From Auanema rhodensis (lineage: Eukaryota; Animalia; Nematoda): DNA of 64,000 nt. The first letter of the stretch is position 1, and each line of letters begins with the position of its first letter. Location of the stretch: positions 19,406,001 to 19,470,000 of the forward strand of contig OZ059897.1 of assembly GCA_964057225.1 (NCBI GenBank). The letters run 5' to 3'. Shown in pieces: positions 57,901 to 64,000 of this stretch. A model generated the notes under the pieces. The model saw only the letters and a list, made by a program, of their open reading frames with translations, did no database searches and had not been told where the DNA came from. Made by a program: the position numbers and the translations under genes.

Positions 57901-60900
57901 CAAAATAATTTAGCGAAAAGTAGATGTTTTTAGATTCGATTTTTCAAGGCAAAGACGATGGACAATGTTATTCAACGAAAAAATTAATTCTTCAGGGTGA
58001 AAATCGAGGATATAAGTGTGAACTTATATCAGTTGATATCTCGGTGCATTTTTAAGCTAGCGCAAATCTGATAACACAGATCGACGCAGCTTAAAAATCC
58101 GCATCGAATGCACTATATTACATTGAAAAACGCTTAATACAAAAATTAGTTATGATCGTTTGAAAAATGATGCATTAGTGTATGTTGAGTTTCCATGTAC
58201 ACTCAACATTGCTTCCAAAAACATTTTGACAAAAATTTTTTCGGAAAATTTCAAAATAATTTAGCAAAAAGTAAATGTTTTTAAATTCCTTTTTTCAAGG
58301 CAAAGACGATGGACAATGTTATTCAACGAAAAAATTAATTCTTCAGGGTTAAAATCGAGGATATAAGTGTGAACTTATATCAGTTGATATCTCGGTGCAT
58401 TTTTAAGCTAGCGCAAATCTGATAACACAGATCGACGCAGCTTAAAAATCCGCATCGAATGCACTATATTACATTGAGAAACACTTGATACAAAAATTAG
58501 TTATGATCGTTTGAAAAATGATGCATTAGTGTATGTTGAGTTTCCATGTACACTCAACATTGCTTCCAAAAACATTTTGACAAAAATTTTTTCGAAAAAT
58601 TTCAAAATAATTTAGCAAAAAGTAGATGTTTTAAGATTCCATTTTTCAAGGCAAAGACGATGGACAATGTTATTCAACGAAAAAATTAATTCTTCAGGGT
58701 GAAAATCGAGGATATAAGTGTGAACTTATATCAGTTGATATCTCGGTGCATTTTTAAGCTAGCGCAAATCTGATAACACAGATCGACGCAGCTTAAAAAT
58801 CCGCATCGAATGCACTATACTACATTGAGAAAAGCTTAATACAAAAATTAGTTATGATCGTTTGAAAAATGATGCATTAGTGTATGTTGAGTTTCCATGT
58901 ACACTCAACATTGCTTCCAAAAACATTTTGACAAAAATTTTTTCGAAAAATTTCAAAATAATTTAGCAAAAAGTAGATGTTTTTAGATTCCATTTTTTAA
59001 GGCAAAGACGATGGACAATGTTATTCAACGAAAAAATTAATTCTTCAGGGTGAAAATCGAGGATATAAGTGTGAACTTATATCAGTTGATATCTCGGTGC
59101 ATTTTTAAGCTAGCGCAAATCTGATAACACAGATCGACGCAGCTTAAAAATCCGCATCGAATGCACTATACTACATTGAGAAAAGCTTAATACAAAAATT
59201 AGTTATGATCGTTTGAAAAATGATGCATTAGTGTATGTTGAGTTTCCATGTACACTCAACATTGCTTCCAAAAACATTTTGACAAAAATTTTTTCGAAAA
59301 ATTTCAAAATAATTTAGCAAAAAGTAGATGTTTTAAGATTCCATTTTTCAAGGCAAAGACGATGGACAATGTTATTCAACGAAAAAATTAATTCTTCAGG
59401 GTGAAAATCGAGGATATAAGTGTGAACTTATATCAGTTGATATCTCGGTGCATTTTTAAGCTAGCGCAAATCTGATAACACAGATCGACGCAGCTTAAAA
59501 ATCCGCATCGAATGCACTATACTACATTGAGAAAAGCTTAATACAAAAATTAGTTATGATCGTTTGAAAAATGATGCATTAGTGTATGTTGAGTTTCCAT
59601 GTACACTCAACATTGCTTCCAAAAACATTTTGACAAAAATTTTTTCGAAAAATTTCAAAATAATTTAGCAAAAAGTAGATGTTTTTAGATTCCATTTTTC
59701 AAGGCAAAGACGATGGACAATGTTATTCAACGAAAAAATTATTTCTTCAGGGTGAAAATCGAGGATATAAGTGTGAACTTATATCAGTTGATATCTCGGT
59801 GCATTTTTAAGCTAGCGCAAATCTGATAACACAGATCGACGCAGCTTAAAAATCCGCATCGAATGCACTATACTACATTGAGAAAAGCTTAATACAAAAA
59901 TTAGTTATGATCGTTTGAAAAATGATGCATTAGTGTATGTTGAGTTTCCATGTACACTCAACATTGCTTCCAAAAACATTTTGACAAAAATTTTTTCGAA
60001 AAATTTCAAAATAATTTAGCAAAAAGTAGATGTTTTTAGATTCCATTTTTCAAGGCAAAGACGATGGACAATGTTATTCAACGAAAAAATTATTTCTTCA
60101 GGGTGAAAATCGAGGATATAAGTGTGAACTTATATCAGTTGATATCTCGGTGCATTTTTAAGCTAGCGCAAATCTGATAACACAGATCGACGCAGCTTAA
60201 AAATCCGCATCGAATGCACTATACTACATTGAGAAAAGCTTAATACAAAAATTAGTTATGATCGTTTGAAAAATGATGCATTAGTGTATGTTGAGTTTCC
60301 ATGTACACTCAACATTGCTTCCAAAAACATTTTGACAAAAATTTTTTCGAAAAATTTCAAAATAATTTAGCAAAAAGTAGATGTTTTTAGATTCCATTTT
60401 CCAAGGCAAAGACGATGGACAATGTTATTCAACGAAAAAATTATTTCTTCAGGGTGAAAATCGAGGATATAAGTGTGAACTTATATCAGTTGATATCTCG
60501 GTGCATTTTTAAGCTAGCGCAAATCTGATAACACAGATCGACGCAGCTTAAAAATCCGCATCGAATGCACTATACTACATTGAGAAAAGCTTAATACAAA
60601 AATTAGTTATGATCGTTTGAAAAATGATGCATTAGTGTATGTTGAGTTTCCATGTACACTCAACATTGCTTCCAAAAACATTTTGACAAAAATTTTTTCG
60701 AAAAATTTCAAAATAATTTAGCAAAAAGTAGATGTTTTTAGATTCCATTTTTCAAGGCAAAGACGATGGACAATGTTATTCAACGAAAAAATTAATTCTT
60801 CAGGGTGAAAATCGAGGATATAAGTGTGAACTTATATCAGTTGATATCTCGGTGCATTTTTAAGCTAGCGCAAATCTGATAACACAGATCGACGCAGCTT

Positions 60901-63900
60901 AAAAATCCGCATCGAATGCACTATACTACATTGAAAAACGCTTGATACAAAAATTAGTTATGATCGTTTGAAAAATGATGCATTAGTGTATGTTGAGTTT
61001 CCATGTACACTCAACATTGCTTCCAAAAACATTTTGACAAAAATTTTTTCGAAAAATTTCAAAATAATTTAGCAAAAAGTAAATGTTTTTAAATTCCTTT
61101 TTTCAAGGCAAAGACGATGGACAATGTTATTCAACGAAAAAATTAATTCTTCAGGGTGAAAATCGAGGATATAAGTGTGAACTTATATCAGTTGATATCT
61201 CGGTGCATTTTTAAGCTAGCGCAAATCTGATAACACAGATCGACGCAGCTTAAAAATCCGCATCGAATGCACTATACTACATTGAAAAACGCTTGATACA
61301 AAAATTAGTTATGATCGTTTGAAAAATGATGCATTAGTGTATGTTGAGTTTCCATGTACACTCAACATTGCTTCCAAAAACATTTTGACAAAAATTTTTT
61401 CGAAAAATTTCAAAATAATTTAGCAAATGTAGATGTTTTAAGATTCCATTTTTCAAGGCAAAGACGATGGACAATGTTATTCAACGAAAAAATTAATTCT
61501 TCAGGGTGAAAATCGAGGATATAAGTGTGAACTTATATCAGTTGATATCTCGGTGCATTTTTAAGCTAGCGCAAATCTGATAACACAGATCGACGCAGCT
61601 TAAAAATCCGCATCGAATGCACTATACTACATTGAGAAAAGCTTAATACAAAAATTAGTTATGATCGTTTGAAAAATGATGCATTAGTGTATGTTGAGTT
61701 TCCATGTACACTCAACATTGCTTCCAAAAACATTTTGACAAAAATTTTTTCGAAAAATTTCAAAATAATTTAGCAAAAAGTAGATGTTTTTAGATTCCAT
61801 TTTTCAAGGCAAAGACGATGGACAATGTTATTCAACGAAAAAATTAATTCTTCAGGGTGAAAATCGAGGATATAAGTGTGAACTTATATCAGTTGATATC
61901 TCGGTGCATTTTTAAGCTAGCGCAAATCTGATAACACAGATCGACGCAGCTTGAAAATCCGCATCGAATGCACTATATTACATTGAAAAACGCTTAATAC
62001 AAAAATTAGTTATGATCGTTTGAAAAATGATGCATTAGTGTATGTTGAGTTTCCATGTACACTCAACATTGCTTCCAAAAACATTTTGACAAAAATTTTT
62101 TCGGAAAATTTCAAAATAATTTAGCAAAAAGTAAATGTTTTTAAATTCCTTTTTTCAAGGCAAAGACGATGGACAATGTTATTCAACGAAAAAATTAATT
62201 CTTCAGGGTGAAAATCGAGGATATAAGTGTGAACTTATATCAGTTGATATCTCGGTGCATTTTTAAGCTAGCGCAAATCTGATAACACAGATCGACGCAG
62301 CTTAAAAATCCGCATCGAATGCACTATATTACATTGAGAAACACTTGATACAAAAATTAGTTATGATCGTTTGAAAAATGATGCATTAGTGTATGTTGAG
62401 TTTCCATGTACACTCAACATTGCTTCCAAAAACATTTTGACAAAAATTTTTTCGAAAAATTTCAAAATAATTTAGCAAAAAGTAGATGTTTTTAGATTCC
62501 TTTTTTCAAGGCAAAGACGATGGACAATGTTATTCAACGAGAAAATTAATTCTTCAGGGTGAAAATCGAGGATATAAGTGTGAACTTATATCAGTTGATA
62601 TCTCGGTGCATTTTTAAGCTAGCGCAAATCTGATAACACAGATCGACGCAGCTTAAAAATCCGCATCGAATGCACTATACTACATTGAGAAAAGCTTAAT
62701 ACAAAAATTAGTTATGATCGTTAGAAAAATGATGCATTAGTGTATGTTGAGTTTCCATGTACACTCAACATTGCTTCCAAAAACATTTTGACAAAAATTT
62801 TTTCGAAAAATTTCAAAATAATTTACCAAAAAGTAGATGTTTTTAGATTCCATTTTTCAAGGCAAAGACGATAGACAATGTTATTCAACGAAAAAGTTAA
62901 TTCTTCAGGGTGAAAATCGAGGATATAAGTGTGAACTTATATCAGTTGATATCTCGGTGCATTTTTAAGCTAGCGCAAATCTGATAACACAGATCGACGC
63001 AGCTTAAAAATCCGCATCGAATGCACTATATTACATTAAAAAACGCTTAATACAAAAATTAGTTATGATCGTTTGAAAAATGATGCATTAGTGTATGTTG
63101 AGTTTCCATGTACACTCAACATTGCTTCCAAAAACATTTTGACAAAAATTTTTTCGGAAAATTTCAAAATAATTTAGCAAAAAGTAAATGTTTTTAAATT
63201 CCTTTTTTCAAGGCAAAGACGATGGACAATGTTATTCAACGAAAAAATTAATTCTTCAGGGTTAAAATCGAGGATATAAGTGTGAACTTATATCAGTTGA
63301 TATCTCGGTGCATTTTTAAGCTAGCGCAAATCTGATAACACAGATCGACGCAGCTTAAAAATCCGCATCGAATGCACTATATTACATTGAGAAACACTTG
63401 ATACAAAAATTAGTTATGATCGTTTGAAAAATGATGCATTAGTGTATGTTGAGTTTCCATGTACACTCAACATTGCTTCCAAAAACATTTTGACAAAAAT
63501 TTTTTCGAAAAATTTCAAAATAATTTAGCAAATGTAGATGTTTTAAGATTCCATTTTTCAAGGCAAAGACGATGGACAATGTTATTCAACGAAAAAATTA
63601 ATTCTTCAGGGTGAAAATCGAGGATATAAGTGTGAACTTATATCAGTTGATATCTCGGTGCATTTTTAAGCTAGCGCAAATCTGATAACACAGATCGACG
63701 CAGCTTAAAAATCCGCATCGAATGCACTATACTACATTGAGAAAAGCTTAATACAAAAATTAGTTATGATCGTTTGAAAAATGATGCATTAGTGTATGTT
63801 GAGTTTCCATGTACACTCAACATTGCTTCCAAAAACATTTTGACAAAAATTTTTTCGAAAAATTTCAAAATAATTTAGCAAAAAGTAGATGTTTTTAGAT

Positions 63901-64000
63901 TCCATTTTTCAAGGCAAAGACGATGGACAATGTTATTCAACGAAAAAATTAATTCTTCAGGGTGAAAATCGAGGATATAAGTGTGAACTTATATCAGTTG
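45982..64000. repeat. Satellite subfamily domain C (U132-U183)
   Basis: Fixed for the GTGA loop and GGTGC. Carries its own alleles: GATTCCATTTTT, GACGATAGA, CTATATTAC, TTCGGAAAA, AGTAAATGTTTTTAAATT, GGGTTAAAA, GAGAAACACTTGA, GAGAAAAGCTT, AGCAAATGTAG. Confidence 0.85.
51949..58964. repeat. Trimer/dimer higher-order repeat region (3+2 monomer pattern)
   Basis: Marker monomer (AGTAAATGTTTTTAAATT / GGGTTAAAA / GAGAAACACTTGA) starts at 52300, 53352, 54053, 55105, 55807, 56859, 58263, i.e. spacings of 3,2,3,2,3,4 monomers. Confidence 0.8.

Larger units (their letters stand above)
1..64000. repeat. Tandem satellite DNA array, 351-bp AT-rich monomer, 182 full copies + 1 partial, all head-to-tail; runs off both window ends
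   Basis: AGCAAAAAGTAGATG recurs at 1, 352, 703 ... 7021 (exactly 20 x 351) and, allowing for 1-bp indels, through to 63877. Monomer 1 has 109 G+C in 351 bp (31%). No non-repeat sequence seen anywhere. Confidence 0.99.

Noticed and set aside
1-64000. CRISPR array or rRNA/5S/tRNA/snRNA tandem gene cluster
   Set aside because: No unique spacers between short repeats, and I recognise no conserved RNA-gene motifs or cloverleaf in the monomer.

Overview
The whole 64 kb window is one uninterrupted head-to-tail tandem satellite array. It holds 182 complete monomers plus a 124-bp partial copy. The monomer is 351 bp (range 350-352) and about 31% GC. Copies usually differ at only a few positions, and the most divergent one differs at about 12. 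I see no genes, RNA genes, transposon insertions or inversions. The four ORFs in the track arise from single-base loss of stop codons in individual monomers. This looks like eukaryotic (peri)centromeric or heterochromatic satellite DNA, but I cannot assign it to a named family or organism. Reading the variants monomer by monomer shows three subfamily domains, a transition zone of divergent monomers at about 40-46 kb, and many local higher-order duplications. Each monomer is also tiled with inverted repeats (monomer positions 98-119, 130-196, 271-298 and a junction-spanning one). The most unusual observation is that rare substitutions in one hairpin arm are repeatedly matched by the exact complementary substitution in the opposite arm, but in different, distant monomers. 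Monomer numbers (U1, U2...) start at window position 1; 'pos' means position within the monomer.
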